A stretch of DNA of 64,000 nt from Candidatus Lindowbacteria bacterium RIFCSPLOWO2_12_FULL_62_27 (GTDB lineage: Bacteria; Lindowbacteria; 2-12-FULL-62-27), in the NCBI GenBank assembly GCA_001784175.1, contig MFPR01000028.1, forward strand, positions 37,955 through 101,954, given 5' to 3'. A program made the translations under genes and the position numbers. Shown piece by piece: positions 46,525 through 57,075 of the stretch (position 1 is the first letter of the stretch; each line of letters starts with the position of its first letter). The notes under the pieces were generated by a model. That model worked only from the letters and a program-made list of their open reading frames with translations. It made no database searches and was not told the DNA's origin.

Positions 46525-46669
46525 GGAAATTGCACCAGGACAAAAAATAACCCCGCCCAAGGCCAGTAGTTAAAACCAGCGTGTCGAGCGGGGAACAAGT
46601 ATCTGTTACCTTTGCTACACCGGTATTATCGGCCACTGAAATGAAAAAGTCAAGAATTCCGGAAGATAT

Positions 46670-46828
46670 CCCGGCGTGGCGGTCGGACGCGGGAAGGTCC
46701 TCGAACAAAAAGACGCTGAAAAATCGCCGCAGTAAGGCGTCGCCGTCCACGAAGTCGCGAAGCGCCCGCCGTTCGGCCGCGAATTCCTTCTGCACGGAAC
46801 TGATGAAGAGACGCAGTTTCCCGGTCAT
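46670..46828 (-). pseudogene. DUF4062 N-terminal remnant
   Basis: LFISSVQKEFAAERRAL...FLFEDLPASDR, after which the similarity stops. Confidence 0.7.
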
Positions 46829-46856
46829 TTGGAAATCACGGGGCCAGTTCTACGAT

Positions 46857-48803
46857 TCAAGGGGTTATTGTAAGGCGAATTACAAATTCTTCCGGCCAAA
46901 ATTCTTCGGCCGTGACAAAAACTTTCAAATAAAATGCCCTCTCGGAATCAACATTTAATTTGAAACTAATTGTTTGTTGTTCCGCATATTTTGCATCGAA
47001 AGCCGATGCGTGTAGCGAATATTCATTGTTTTTGGAATCATGTGAAAAATTGTCTTTAATATAACCAGTGGGGGGCAGATCAAAATAATCTGGGAAGAGG
47101 CAGCGCAACCGCAGATTATGCAAATTGATCAGACCAGTATTGTTGATGGACATTTCTAAGCGGTTATCGCTTTGTTTGAGTTGCCGATTAAGGATCGAAA
47201 TGGACAGAAGACTGTATTGCTTTTTAACCGTATAGGTATTGCCTATGAATTCAGAGCCCATTTTATCGATATGTTCGCCCGTCTCACTCTGAACGGCAAT
47301 GTCCCTATTGCCGTAATAGTGCCCCCCGCCATCCTGCCAGAACAAATCTTTTGGCATTGATATCAACAACTTCTCAAACTCATCAGGTGAGAATTGTCTT
47401 CCAAAAATGATCTCGGCAATATTGATAGAAAATCTGCCCTTACTTGAAGTTTCGGCAAATAATTTCCCGTCAATACCGACTGTAGATTTATAAATGTTGT
47501 ACGTTTTTTGAAATCTCCACAATTCGAATAAGAATGTTTTCTGATTTTGTGACAAGTTGAGTAATCGTGCTTTTGTGTTGTCGATTGTTGATGCGCCAAC
47601 AAGTTCATTCGCTTTTCCTGCTGAATCCTGCGTGACGGATTGTGGGGGAAAAAAGTGATTTAAGATTCGTTCGAGACCCCATTCATATGTCACCCCGACC
47701 GTGGTGACTAGTGCGGTTACCAGAAGTGAGGATATTATTGTAATTGGACGCCATTTCTTGCGCACATATTGCAGTAGGCGTTTTAATTTATTTGGTTGCG
47801 GCGTTCCTCCAACGCTGGTTTGTAGTGGAGGGAAGTCTGGAGTGCGAATATCAGGAGCATTTGATTTCGTATGAATACCGACCTCAGTTACATTAAAGAG
47901 TGTGCGATCTACCTTTTTCAATATCCCGAGAAAATATTCGCTATTTTCAAAATCGATGTATAAACGGGTCCACAAAGTTTTATCTTTGGCAACAATACTA
48001 ATTAATGACGATTCACAGGCTTTAGCACCGTCCAAGTATTGACTCCATTCTGGATTGTGATCGTAGGCATCAAGTCCCTTCTGTCTTGCCCCGATTATGT
48101 ATCGGATCGCCGTGACTAAAATGTGATATTCTTTTGAATCGGCATCAATTTTTCGAATGGATTTGAGTTTTTCGATGGTATGTCGGGCCAGAGTTTGTGA
48201 TGAGTTCGTCAACATACCTGAAATGTTTCCCTTGGTTATACGAATTATGTGTGGTTCAAGATTATTTGCTTGGGCATATTCTAATGTCTGCTCATAAATG
48301 GTGATTGTCTTGCGATACATATCCAAGGCGGTAATAAAATCGTCATTGTTCCATGCCTGTCTGGCAAGGATTGCAAATTCTTGGGCATTAACTTCAAGCT
48401 GATAATATTTCAGGCTCTTCAGTCGTTCGGATAAATGTTGTTTAGTTCTTTCGGTCAGAGTTGGCGGCGGGGCCTGAATAATCTCTATAGTTTCTGTTAC
48501 GATTTGTTGTGCCTCCTTGTTGCATTTTAATGCCACTTCGATGTCATTGCCGCTGTAGTGAAAAGAACTTTGGCAGTAATAACTGTCGTATGAATAGTAT
48601 TTGCTAAAAACCCGGCTTTGAAAGCGAGTGTCTATGTTTTGTGTTGTGTCTTTGGCTACTTGATCGGCCAAGACCGAAGCCTCTCTATAAAGGTGCGCTG
48701 CTTGCTCATATAAAGGATAGTTATCTTCCGCTATGCGTGCTTGGTCTTGTAACTTCCCGGCTTGGTCATACAGTTGTTCAATCTGATCTAATTTGTTTTC
48801 CAT
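46857..48803 (-). CDS. AT-rich 648-aa hypothetical protein (helical N-terminus, one TM, beta-rich C-terminus)
   Basis: Long ORF in visibly AT-rich DNA; TM segment ITIISSLLVTALVTTVGV. Confidence 0.75.
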   Translation of the reverse strand: MENKLDQIEQLYDQAGKLQDQARIAEDNYPLYEQAAHLYREASVLADQVAKDTTQNIDTRFQSRVFSKYYSYDSYYCQSSFHYSGNDIEVALKCNKEAQQIVTETIEIIQAPPPTLTERTKQHLSERLKSLKYYQLEVNAQEFAILARQAWNNDDFITALDMYRKTITIYEQTLEYAQANNLEPHIIRITKGNISGMLTNSSQTLARHTIEKLKSIRKIDADSKEYHILVTAIRYIIGARQKGLDAYDHNPEWSQYLDGAKACESSLISIVAKDKTLWTRLYIDFENSEYFLGILKKVDRTLFNVTEVGIHTKSNAPDIRTPDFPPLQTSVGGTPQPNKLKRLLQYVRKKWRPITIISSLLVTALVTTVGVTYEWGLERILNHFFPPQSVTQDSAGKANELVGASTIDNTKARLLNLSQNQKTFLFELWRFQKTYNIYKSTVGIDGKLFAETSSKGRFSINIAEIIFGRQFSPDEFEKLLISMPKDLFWQDGGGHYYGNRDIAVQSETGEHIDKMGSEFIGNTYTVKKQYSLLSISILNRQLKQSDNRLEMSINNTGLINLHNLRLRCLFPDYFDLPPTGYIKDNFSHDSKNNEYSLHASAFDAKYAEQQTISFKLNVDSERAFYLKVFVTAEEFWPEEFVIRLTITP

Positions 48804-48883
48804 GTGATTCTATTTATACAACAGTAGTTGATTCTTCGGGGCACTGTCGTCTAACGCATCGGTTGTCATCGTGACAAGCCGAG

Positions 48884-51800
48884 TCACGCGTCGTCGGCAC
48901 CATCGTCCTGCCCCATCCGGTACTTGATGTCGTAATTCACGATGAAGTCCAGCTCCTCGTCCGTGAATCCGTAATGCTTCGCCAGAATACTGTCGATTTC
49001 GTCGATCACGGGCTTTGAAAGTAGAGCTTTTATTTCGTCATATTCGATTTTATGCCCTTGGCTGGTATTGATCGTTTTACGTTTTGAGTTTGCAACAAGA
49101 TCCTTCTGCAGTCGATTGTAGATTTTCCCCCACTGCGAAGTCTCCCATATGCGTGGGATTGGAGCCTCACGGAGCAGAACGTCGTTAATATGCTCGCAAT
49201 CCGAGAAGACGGAATAAAACCAGTAGAACAGTGAAGAGTTTGCCAAGCAAGTTGCGAAACATGATGACTCTCTTGATACAAAACAGAGGGTTCTTCCGTG
49301 CGGGGGGGCGATTTGTTTGCCGTTTCTTTTGAAAAATGGCATACCCACGCAGGCTTTAACCCAATAACGACAGGCTTCCTGGTAGTACAAAAGATGGTCC
49401 GATTCGTTTTGCGTCAATCTCGACAAAACTTGTTCTTGCGTTCCGACCTTTTGGTGGATGACCTGTTCGAGATCGCTTCCTATTTTAGCAATCCGATGAC
49501 CATCTTTACGAATGCCGTGCTGGGTCAAGGACAGGGTGGCCAGCGCGTGATTGCGCTCTTCTGTATAGAACCGGCATACGCGGGAGCTCAGTATCACCGA
49601 TTTTGGATCGACCGAAGAAAGTAATATCGATACGGGCATCTCCACGCCATCGAATACAGATTCTGGGCGACGCGGGAATGAAACTGTATAAAGACTACCG
49701 CGCTTCAGCAATATATTCTGTAATGAATCCATTCGTTCTGCAGAAAGCACCGTAAGCTGCACAATCAATCCGACGCGAGAAATGTTGTGACCGAGTTCTA
49801 TCGAACGTTCACAGACATAAGAATAGAGATTCTTTGTTTCAAAGGTCTGATAACTCTTTGGCAAAATAGAATAGGCAACCTTTGCAGGAGCATATACTAC
49901 ATACGGTGGATTCCCGATAATCACGTCGAACCCGCCGCCGCTCATGATCCCGTAGAACTCGGCGAACCAGTGGAACGGCAGATGCGATGAGCGCCATTTT
50001 TCGAGGAGTTTTGGTTTGTCCGCGTCGACACCGTATTCCTTGGCGAGCAGGTGATCGATTTCCGTTCGGAGTTTGTTCAGGCGTTTGCGGAGTTCGATTT
50101 TTGCGTCGGCGAATTTGGCGGCGTCCATGTCGTGCTCGGTCTGCATCTCATGGAATTTCTTGAACGCGCGGTCCACAAGTTCCGCGTCCTCCTCGATGCG
50201 CCTGATTTGGTCGTGAAACAAACCCAGCGTGCCTTCTTCGGAGATTTTTATCTGATCAAGCGTGGCGTACCCCACAAGCGTGTTGCCCGGGCGGATGTTG
50301 AAGTCGATGTCGGGGAGGGGCTCAATCTGGCGGTGGTCGTCGACTTGGGCCACGAGTTTCAGGAACAGCCGCAGTTTGCAGATTTCGACGGCTTCCTCCA
50401 TGATGTCCACGCCGTAGAGGTTGTTCACGACGATGGATTTCAGGATGTAGTACCGGCGGTTGGGATGTTTGGCGACTTGTTCGAGCGTTTTCCGGAAGTC
50501 GGCGAACTTTTCCGGGCGGTGTTTTTCGCCGGATCGCACAAGGTCGTACAGAAAAGCCTGCATACGGTCGAGGCAGGCGTCGTAGAGCGGTTCAAGGATA
50601 TTAAGCGAGGCGAACAAAAACGCGCCCGAGCCGCAGGTCGGGTCGAGCACCGACACGCGCTCGATGGCCTGCCAGAATGCGCGCAGGACTTCCGGCTCCT
50701 CGCAATTCTCAACGGCATCTTCGGCGAACTGGCAGATGTCGAGATTGTACGTGATGAGGTCGTTGATCGAATGGATGTCGCCCGACTTGAGCTTCACGCG
50801 GAGTTCTAAGCACCGATTTCTCCGCGCGACGTATTCGCGCCAAGTTTCAGTCGGCAGAGTCAGTTTCTTTCCGTCGGCGGCCAGATCGGCTTCACCGAGG
50901 TTGTAGCGGCGGTCGAACATTCGTTTTTTAGGGTCGCGCATTCCTTTTTGAACGAAATCCGGCAGGGCCGACTCCGGAATGATTTTTCCCTTTTCGTCAA
51001 TGACGCCCCGGCGGACCGGCTCGTAGATGTATCGGTCGGGATCGGCCGCCAATAGTTTCCAGAGGACGCTTCCGGGTTTGAACGCGGCCGCGCATTTTTT
51101 CTCGGCGGCGTCGAACAGAAACGGGATGATCGTGTTTCGGGCGATGTATCCGGTGATGTCCTCCTTGGTATAGTAGGCGCCCATCTGTTTCTGATTGATA
51201 TATTTTTCGAAGATGTATCCGAGCACGTCCGGATTGATCTCATTGTCGGCGCGGAGCGGGCGCTCGTCGAGGTGCCACTGGTATTGATCGAAAAAATTGA
51301 ACAGCCGCTCGAACGCCTCATCGGGGATGTCGATGCCGGTGTGCGTTTTCTCCAGGTCGTGAACGTCGAAGAGGCCGCCGTTCAAGTAAGGAATTTCCCC
51401 GAGAAGCGCCTCGAAATCTTTCTGGCGCGCGCCGGGGGGTTTGCCCAATCCTTCATGAAACAGACGCATGAGGAAAAACCGGTAGAACGACAGAAACTTG
51501 CCCTTGCCCTTTTGCTCCTGAACTTTTGCCATTCGACTGCGCAGATAATTCGAATCGCCGTCGAGGTAGCCTTTCTTCTGGATGAAGTAAACGAACATGA
51601 GACGGTTGAGCATGAGCGACGCATACCAGTCGCGGTCGGATTCGGTCGGAATGTTTTTGACGAATTTCAGAAAGGCCGCATGTTCTTCTTTGAAATGCTC
51701 GTAAAACCGTTTTGTGACCCGATCGACGTCGAATGCCTGCCGGACGCGGCCGGCCAACTGCGGCAGATTGACACGTTCTTCTTCGGCCAGTTCGACGGAC

Positions 51801-52204
51801 AGTATTTGCAGTTTCTGGATCAGCGCATCTCCCGGCTGATCTCTGTGGTAGGTAGGCTCACGGCAGGCCAGAGGGCGATTCGGTTCGCGCTTGACCCACT
51901 GCCACGTCTGCATCGCTCTGTCGGAATCCGTGAAGATAATGATGTGCTCGTAGGCGGATTTGGTCACCTGGCGTTCAATCTTTCGTCGGACGGCGGAGTT
52001 CGGAAACGCCTTCGGGCTTGGCGCCTGGCACTCAAAAACCTGGAAGCCCCGCTTTTGGGCAACCGCCCGAAGCGCATGCGACTGACCGTCCACCGTGACG
52101 TCGATGCCGCCCTGATGTCGGTCCCATCCCAGTTCCTCGATGAACAATGCGCGAAAGTCGGCCGCTTTCAGGAATTCACGGATGCGGGACGGATTCGCGG
52201 GCAC
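48884..52204 (-). CDS. Eco57I-like N6-adenine DNA methyltransferase with C-terminal TRD
   Basis: PYLNGGLF, GAYYT, LDPTCGSGAFL, YGVDI, DVIIGNPPY; TRD region (about 49000-49920) has lower GC. Confidence 0.9.
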   Translation of the reverse strand: MPANPSRIREFLKAADFRALFIEELGWDRHQGGIDVTVDGQSHALRAVAQKRGFQVFECQAPSPKAFPNSAVRRKIERQVTKSAYEHIIIFTDSDRAMQTWQWVKREPNRPLACREPTYHRDQPGDALIQKLQILSVELAEEERVNLPQLAGRVRQAFDVDRVTKRFYEHFKEEHAAFLKFVKNIPTESDRDWYASLMLNRLMFVYFIQKKGYLDGDSNYLRSRMAKVQEQKGKGKFLSFYRFFLMRLFHEGLGKPPGARQKDFEALLGEIPYLNGGLFDVHDLEKTHTGIDIPDEAFERLFNFFDQYQWHLDERPLRADNEINPDVLGYIFEKYINQKQMGAYYTKEDITGYIARNTIIPFLFDAAEKKCAAAFKPGSVLWKLLAADPDRYIYEPVRRGVIDEKGKIIPESALPDFVQKGMRDPKKRMFDRRYNLGEADLAADGKKLTLPTETWREYVARRNRCLELRVKLKSGDIHSINDLITYNLDICQFAEDAVENCEEPEVLRAFWQAIERVSVLDPTCGSGAFLFASLNILEPLYDACLDRMQAFLYDLVRSGEKHRPEKFADFRKTLEQVAKHPNRRYYILKSIVVNNLYGVDIMEEAVEICKLRLFLKLVAQVDDHRQIEPLPDIDFNIRPGNTLVGYATLDQIKISEEGTLGLFHDQIRRIEEDAELVDRAFKKFHEMQTEHDMDAAKFADAKIELRKRLNKLRTEIDHLLAKEYGVDADKPKLLEKWRSSHLPFHWFAEFYGIMSGGGFDVIIGNPPYVVYAPAKVAYSILPKSYQTFETKNLYSYVCERSIELGHNISRVGLIVQLTVLSAERMDSLQNILLKRGSLYTVSFPRRPESVFDGVEMPVSILLSSVDPKSVILSSRVCRFYTEERNHALATLSLTQHGIRKDGHRIAKIGSDLEQVIHQKVGTQEQVLSRLTQNESDHLLYYQEACRYWVKACVGMPFFKRNGKQIAPPHGRTLCFVSRESSCFATCLANSSLFYWFYSVFSDCEHINDVLLREAPIPRIWETSQWGKIYNRLQKDLVANSKRKTINTSQGHKIEYDEIKALLSKPVIDEIDSILAKHYGFTDEELDFIVNYDIKYRMGQDDGADDA

Positions 52205-52207
52205 GGG

Positions 52208-55200
52208 TTACGGGGCCTTCCTGGTCAGTGATAGACCCATGGAGCAAATGAGTTGCGGCTCCTGGACATGCTCGGATTCCTCGACCACGCAAAGCCGTCC
52301 TTCTTCCCGCAGGTCCACGACCATCTCGGCCAACTGCTCATTCGAAATTCCGGCGCGCAGTTGGCGGTTAAGGGCGTCCACCGCGGTTTGCCGCAACGGA
52401 TACCGATAGATGTCTTCGACGGCCTTGGACAATTGATCCGAGGAAAAAAGGGTCCCCTTGATTTGTTCGGCATAATGTTTGAGGCGGTCATAGGTGCGGA
52501 ATCTGGCGCCGGCGGGTCGGCCGAGTTGTCCGCCCGCTGATGATGATTCCTCTTTCATAATCTGTTCGACCGCCTTATGGACAAGCTCGTGATGGTTCTC
52601 CTCGCGCGGCAGGGGCGTCGTGTCGGGCGCGCATTCCGCCGCCTTCAAAATAGCGAACTGGGATTCTGTCACGCTGTTGCCGTTTCTATCCATCCACGCA
52701 AGCGCGTCGTTTCCCTCGCCTGTTCGCATATAAACCAGGGCGCCGTCCGGTTCTTTTTCCGTCGGCTTGAACGCGCGCGTCGCGTAGACCACGGGCGGCA
52801 AGTCGGGGATGGTTTTTTGAAGACGCGGATCGGCGGTGACGGCGTTTTTCCAGATTTGGTAGGCATAGGACGCCAGATCGACCTCGGAATCCGCATCGCC
52901 GTCGAGCGTCCCGGCCTTTTCCGTAAACAGGTCGCGGATGACCTTCGGATCCGGCTCGTCCTCAAAAAAACGCTCATCGGCGCCGACGACTTCGGCGTTT
53001 TCCTTGAGCCGCCTGCGGACGCGCTGGCGCAAACGGATGATTCGTTCCACGCCGTCGGCCGGCAGAAAAGAATAGCACAAAATATTTTCCGCTTTTTGTC
53101 CGATGCGGTCCACGCGGCCCGCGCGCTGGATGAGCCGGATGATCGCCCAGGGAAGATCGTAATTGACGACGATCGCGGCGTCCTGAAGATTTTGGCCTTC
53201 GCTCAAGACGTCGGTGGCGATCAGGACGCGCAGTTCGTCGTCGGGCCGGACACGGCCGCGCTTTAGGTTGCTTTCGGGACTGAACCGCCATGCGAGTGCG
53301 GTCGGATCGTCGTTGTCGCCTGTCACGCCGGCCGCGCCGGCCAACCCGCGCGCGCGAAGCCGGCCATCGAGATAAAGCACGGTATCGGCAAACTGGGTGA
53401 AGACAAGGACTTTTTCTTTTTGATGGTGCCCGCTCAACAATTTCCAGAGGGCGTCCAGTTTGGCGTCCTTGGCGGGGTCCCACTCGCCGCAGATTTTCAA
53501 TACGTTGAGGAGCGCCTTGACGTCATCGCGCAATGCTGTGGAGAGATCGCCAGTGAAGAATTCAGATGGAAGCCACTTGAACCGGCGCTTGAGTGGGCCC
53601 GTATATTCAGCGTAAACATCGACCGCGCGCGCCTTGAAATCCGCGGCCGTCCGGAGAGTCGACGTTTGGGATTTGTTCCGGCGGGTTTCCGTTTCCTCGT
53701 CGTCCTGCTCAAGCAGATCGTCTTCATCGTCATCCGAGAAGCGCGTATCGAGGAGTTCCGCGTCCTGCGTGCCGATGGGGAGAGGCAAATTATTTTCGAT
53801 GGCGTGGAGATAGACGCAGTTTCGGAGAATGTGCCGCTCGATGGACTGCAAAAATGCCTGACCGCTGCTCTCAAGGCGCTTGAAGAGATTTGTCCGGCAG
53901 AATCCCATCAGCCGCTTGCCGGCCTTGGAAAGATCATCCAGAGTCTTTTTTTCAGTGGGCGTTGGCGGAGACGGGGGCGAAGGAGCGATGTAGTTCGCGA
54001 GGCCGTAGCGAGGCACGGTCAGGCCATTGATGGCGCCGACGACGTTGTCGTCGTACAGGCGCGCGTATTGATCCGCCGAATCCTTGTCATTGATCTTGAA
54101 CTTGACCGTCTTGGGCAGGCGGGTCGGGAAGTGGGAGCGAGTGCCGTCTTCAAACAAAAGATATGGCCGGGCGCTTTTCGGCCTGGGTTTGGCGCACTTG
54201 GGGCATGCGCCGTCCGTGGCGGCGATGGGTGATTTGCATGCCGCGCAGTCCACGATGGCGTAATTCTCTTGAATGAAAGTCCGAGTCCGCCGGACCAGAT
54301 AGAGCCGCATGAGTTCGCGCCAGTCGTCGGCGTAGTCGCTTTTCTCAAATGCGGAGAGCGACCGGACGGGGCATTGGTGTTTGCGGATAAATTCAATTTC
54401 GCCGATCGTTCGGAGAAGCTGTTCCGGCCGGATGCTCAATTCGTGATCGTCGGGAATGAACAGGCGCAACTGATTCGCCAGATCGAGATATGTCTTGTTG
54501 TAGGGCGTGGCCGACAGCAGAATGCACTTGCTGTCATTACCGGCGATGTACTCCTGAATGGCGCGGTATCGTTTGCCTTCGCGATTGCGTAGGTTGTGGC
54601 TCTCGTCGATGATGACAAGCCGGTACCGGCGAAGATCAGGCAGTTCCCGGATGGCGCGGCTTATCGAGAGAACTTTGGCGTGCAAGCGGTATTGATCCCG
54701 ATGGTCCTCCCACATGGACACGAGATTTTTCGGACAGAGGATCAGGGTCTCCAGACCGAAATCATCCTCGAAGACGCGCGCGAGGGCCGTGGCCATGAGG
54801 GTTTTGCCGAGGCCGACGACGTCGCCGATCAGTACGCCACCGCGCTTGTTGATGTGATGGGCGGCGATTTTCACGGCCGCCTTCTGGAACTCAAAAAGCC
54901 TGTTGCCGAAATCGGTCGGGATTCGAAATTCCGTGAGACCCGCCCGGGCCTCCTGGGAAAGATGATAGGCCATTTTGATATAGATGTGGTACGGGGGAAT
55001 GAGGTCCTCTCGCGCCCAGCTTTCCTCGATGATCTGGACCAGCTCGTCGGAAATGTCGATGCACCTGTTGTCGTTCCAGCGATCCTCGAACCACTTGGAC
55101 AATTTCTTGCAGGCGTCGTGGTCGAGCACGTCCACGTTCAGCTCGCCCTGCTTGGACAGTCCGGCCATGGTCAGGTTGCTGCTGCCGAGGTAGCTGACGA

Positions 55201-55660
55201 TGGGGTTGATTGGGTCCGGCCGGAAGAGCAGATAGAGTTTGGCGTGAAGCGGATGACGGAGAAACAATTTGACGACAACTTTTTTGGATTTGATCTGTGC
55301 GGCCAGGCGGCGCAGGCCGGCTTCGTCCTCGTTTGTCGGGATGCCGATGGTCAACTGGTCGCGGAAATCCTGCGCCAGTTTTTTCTTGATTCGAAGGACC
55401 GTCTGATTGTCCAGTTGGGCGTCATCGTGCGCCAAAGTCATCAGAGTCCGCAATTCTTCCTGCGGGGGGCGCTGCATGCCGACCAATAACCGGCAACAAT
55501 GGCCGTCGCCACCGGACCAGCGTTCGACGCGCCGGTCGAGTTGTTTCCAGCCGCGCAAATTGAAATAGCCGACGCAGAAGTCGGCGCGGTCGGTGATGTC
55601 GAGGGTCTGCTGTAAGGCCGTGATGAGGTGGTCGTCGATGTTGTCAAATATTCTTGGCAT
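52208..55660 (-). CDS. PLD-nuclease / SF2 (SNF2-like) helicase fusion
   Basis: LHAKLY...GSSNLT (PLD-like), DVVGLGKT, DESH, SATP, SEGQNLQ, QRAGRVDRIGQ. ATG 55660. Confidence 0.9.
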   Translation of the reverse strand: MPRIFDNIDDHLITALQQTLDITDRADFCVGYFNLRGWKQLDRRVERWSGGDGHCCRLLVGMQRPPQEELRTLMTLAHDDAQLDNQTVLRIKKKLAQDFRDQLTIGIPTNEDEAGLRRLAAQIKSKKVVVKLFLRHPLHAKLYLLFRPDPINPIVSYLGSSNLTMAGLSKQGELNVDVLDHDACKKLSKWFEDRWNDNRCIDISDELVQIIEESWAREDLIPPYHIYIKMAYHLSQEARAGLTEFRIPTDFGNRLFEFQKAAVKIAAHHINKRGGVLIGDVVGLGKTLMATALARVFEDDFGLETLILCPKNLVSMWEDHRDQYRLHAKVLSISRAIRELPDLRRYRLVIIDESHNLRNREGKRYRAIQEYIAGNDSKCILLSATPYNKTYLDLANQLRLFIPDDHELSIRPEQLLRTIGEIEFIRKHQCPVRSLSAFEKSDYADDWRELMRLYLVRRTRTFIQENYAIVDCAACKSPIAATDGACPKCAKPRPKSARPYLLFEDGTRSHFPTRLPKTVKFKINDKDSADQYARLYDDNVVGAINGLTVPRYGLANYIAPSPPSPPTPTEKKTLDDLSKAGKRLMGFCRTNLFKRLESSGQAFLQSIERHILRNCVYLHAIENNLPLPIGTQDAELLDTRFSDDDEDDLLEQDDEETETRRNKSQTSTLRTAADFKARAVDVYAEYTGPLKRRFKWLPSEFFTGDLSTALRDDVKALLNVLKICGEWDPAKDAKLDALWKLLSGHHQKEKVLVFTQFADTVLYLDGRLRARGLAGAAGVTGDNDDPTALAWRFSPESNLKRGRVRPDDELRVLIATDVLSEGQNLQDAAIVVNYDLPWAIIRLIQRAGRVDRIGQKAENILCYSFLPADGVERIIRLRQRVRRRLKENAEVVGADERFFEDEPDPKVIRDLFTEKAGTLDGDADSEVDLASYAYQIWKNAVTADPRLQKTIPDLPPVVYATRAFKPTEKEPDGALVYMRTGEGNDALAWMDRNGNSVTESQFAILKAAECAPDTTPLPREENHHELVHKAVEQIMKEESSSAGGQLGRPAGARFRTYDRLKHYAEQIKGTLFSSDQLSKAVEDIYRYPLRQTAVDALNRQLRAGISNEQLAEMVVDLREEGRLCVVEESEHVQEPQLICSMGLSLTRKAP

Positions 55661-56048
55661 GGGCAGACGATAGCTTTGGCGGCGGGAGAGGGCAACGGTG
55701 AAAAATGCGGCTTGTGTTTTGAAGGTCGCCTGTATATTATCCGAATTGCGGCAGATTGCCGCGAAGTTGTCGACTGGGAACCATACAGCCTTCCTGCCTG
55801 GAGGGGAATGCTCTGTCCACGATGAATACACGTGGACGAGCGTCCTTTTTCGAACCCGTCCAGGCTTCCCAGTCGACGACGAAGTTCAGGGCGCTCGTCC
55901 TTTGCCCATGGGGAACACAGATGAAAATACCGGAGTGGATCCGATACGACCCAGAGGATCCGAAGCAGAGGCATGATGCGCGAATCGCGCTGGCGATTCT
56001 TGCCCTCGGCGCGGTGCTGGCGGTACTGCGGCAGTTCGGGTTGCTCTG

Positions 56049-56243
56049 ATGGCGGAGTTTTGTCTCGCGTGCTATCTGTCGCAAATCAAGCCCGAGGATG
56101 TCGATACGGCGGCGGTGGCGCTGTCCGAGGGCGAGGAGCTTTGCGAGGGGTGCGGGGAGTTTAAGCAGATTGTCGAGACGGTGGCAGAGCCGGTCCCGAG
56201 AAGGCGGACATTTCGGGAGATATTCTTGCGGTGGAGGATTTAG
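56049..56243 (+). CDS. Small phage-like protein with two CxxC motifs
   Basis: MAEFCLAC...LCEGCG; coupled (TGATG) to a small upstream ORF 55921-56049. Confidence 0.55.
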   Translation: MAEFCLACYLSQIKPEDVDTAAVALSEGEELCEGCGEFKQIVETVAEPVPRRRTFREIFLRWRI

Positions 56244-57039
56244 ACGGGCACCGGGCATGAACGTGTTGTGGATGCAAAAAAACGCCTTTTCTCAAAGATA
56301 GAGCATTTTCCAGAAAATTCAAGTGGTTAGGCTAAGTCGCTCTGCCTACACGACTTGATGTTTTTGACCCCCCGAAATCTCGAAGATAGCCAAAATCATT
56401 TTCAGCTTTCTAGGCGTGTTAGGCAGTTCAAGAAAAAATAATATCGGGCGGATTTGCATGGGTCTTCCCGGCGGTAGGGGTTTCAGATTTGTCCTACCGG
56501 GGCGGGAGGGTTGTGGTGCTTTTTTTCGCGCGGGACACGATGTCCCGCGGCAAAAAAATACCATGGATGGTCCGACAGCGGTTTCGCCGCGCCGGACGTT
56601 TTTGCTCGGAGGTCAGACTGGCCCGCGTTCCCGGGGAGTCCGGGGCGGAACGGCAAGGCCGGAGTTCCGGAGCCGGTGGCGCACAGGATGTGCGCCACGT
56701 CTTCGGCGGAGGAACGGAGGCCGCCGCCGTAGCTCCCCCCAAGAGCTGGTTCTCCTCCCCTCATTCGATACTTCCTTGTTGGGGGATGCCAAGGAGAGGA
56801 GGGGTTGAGGGGAGGAGAACCTGCGGCGGGGGGAGCGGTCCGCCACGCTCGTCGTCGGAGCGGCGGACGGGCGACGTGGCCGCCGATTTTTGCGGACACG
56901 GCGCGAGAGTACGCCGCGCTCTACGTCACCTTGGTCATCCGCCCACAATTCGAGTGGGCCAGTCCTCAGTTCTTTCTCAGGCGCGGCGATATAAATGCAT
57001 TTGATTTTTGGTTCAGGCAACCGGTTGTTGGCATCATGC

Positions 57040-57069
57040 TTGACAGTGAACGGTCGTTCACCTAATAAT
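57040..57069 (+). promoter_or_regulatory. Promoter with GAAC-N4-GTTC LexA-type box
   Basis: TTGACA 57040-57045, palindrome GTGAAC-GGTC-GTTCAC 57046-57061, TAATAAT from 57063. Confidence 0.8.
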
Positions 57070-57075
57070 AGAGAC

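Noticed and set aside
48884-55660. Complete BREX or DISARM system
   Set aside because: No pglZ/brxC and no drmA/drmB homologues are visible.
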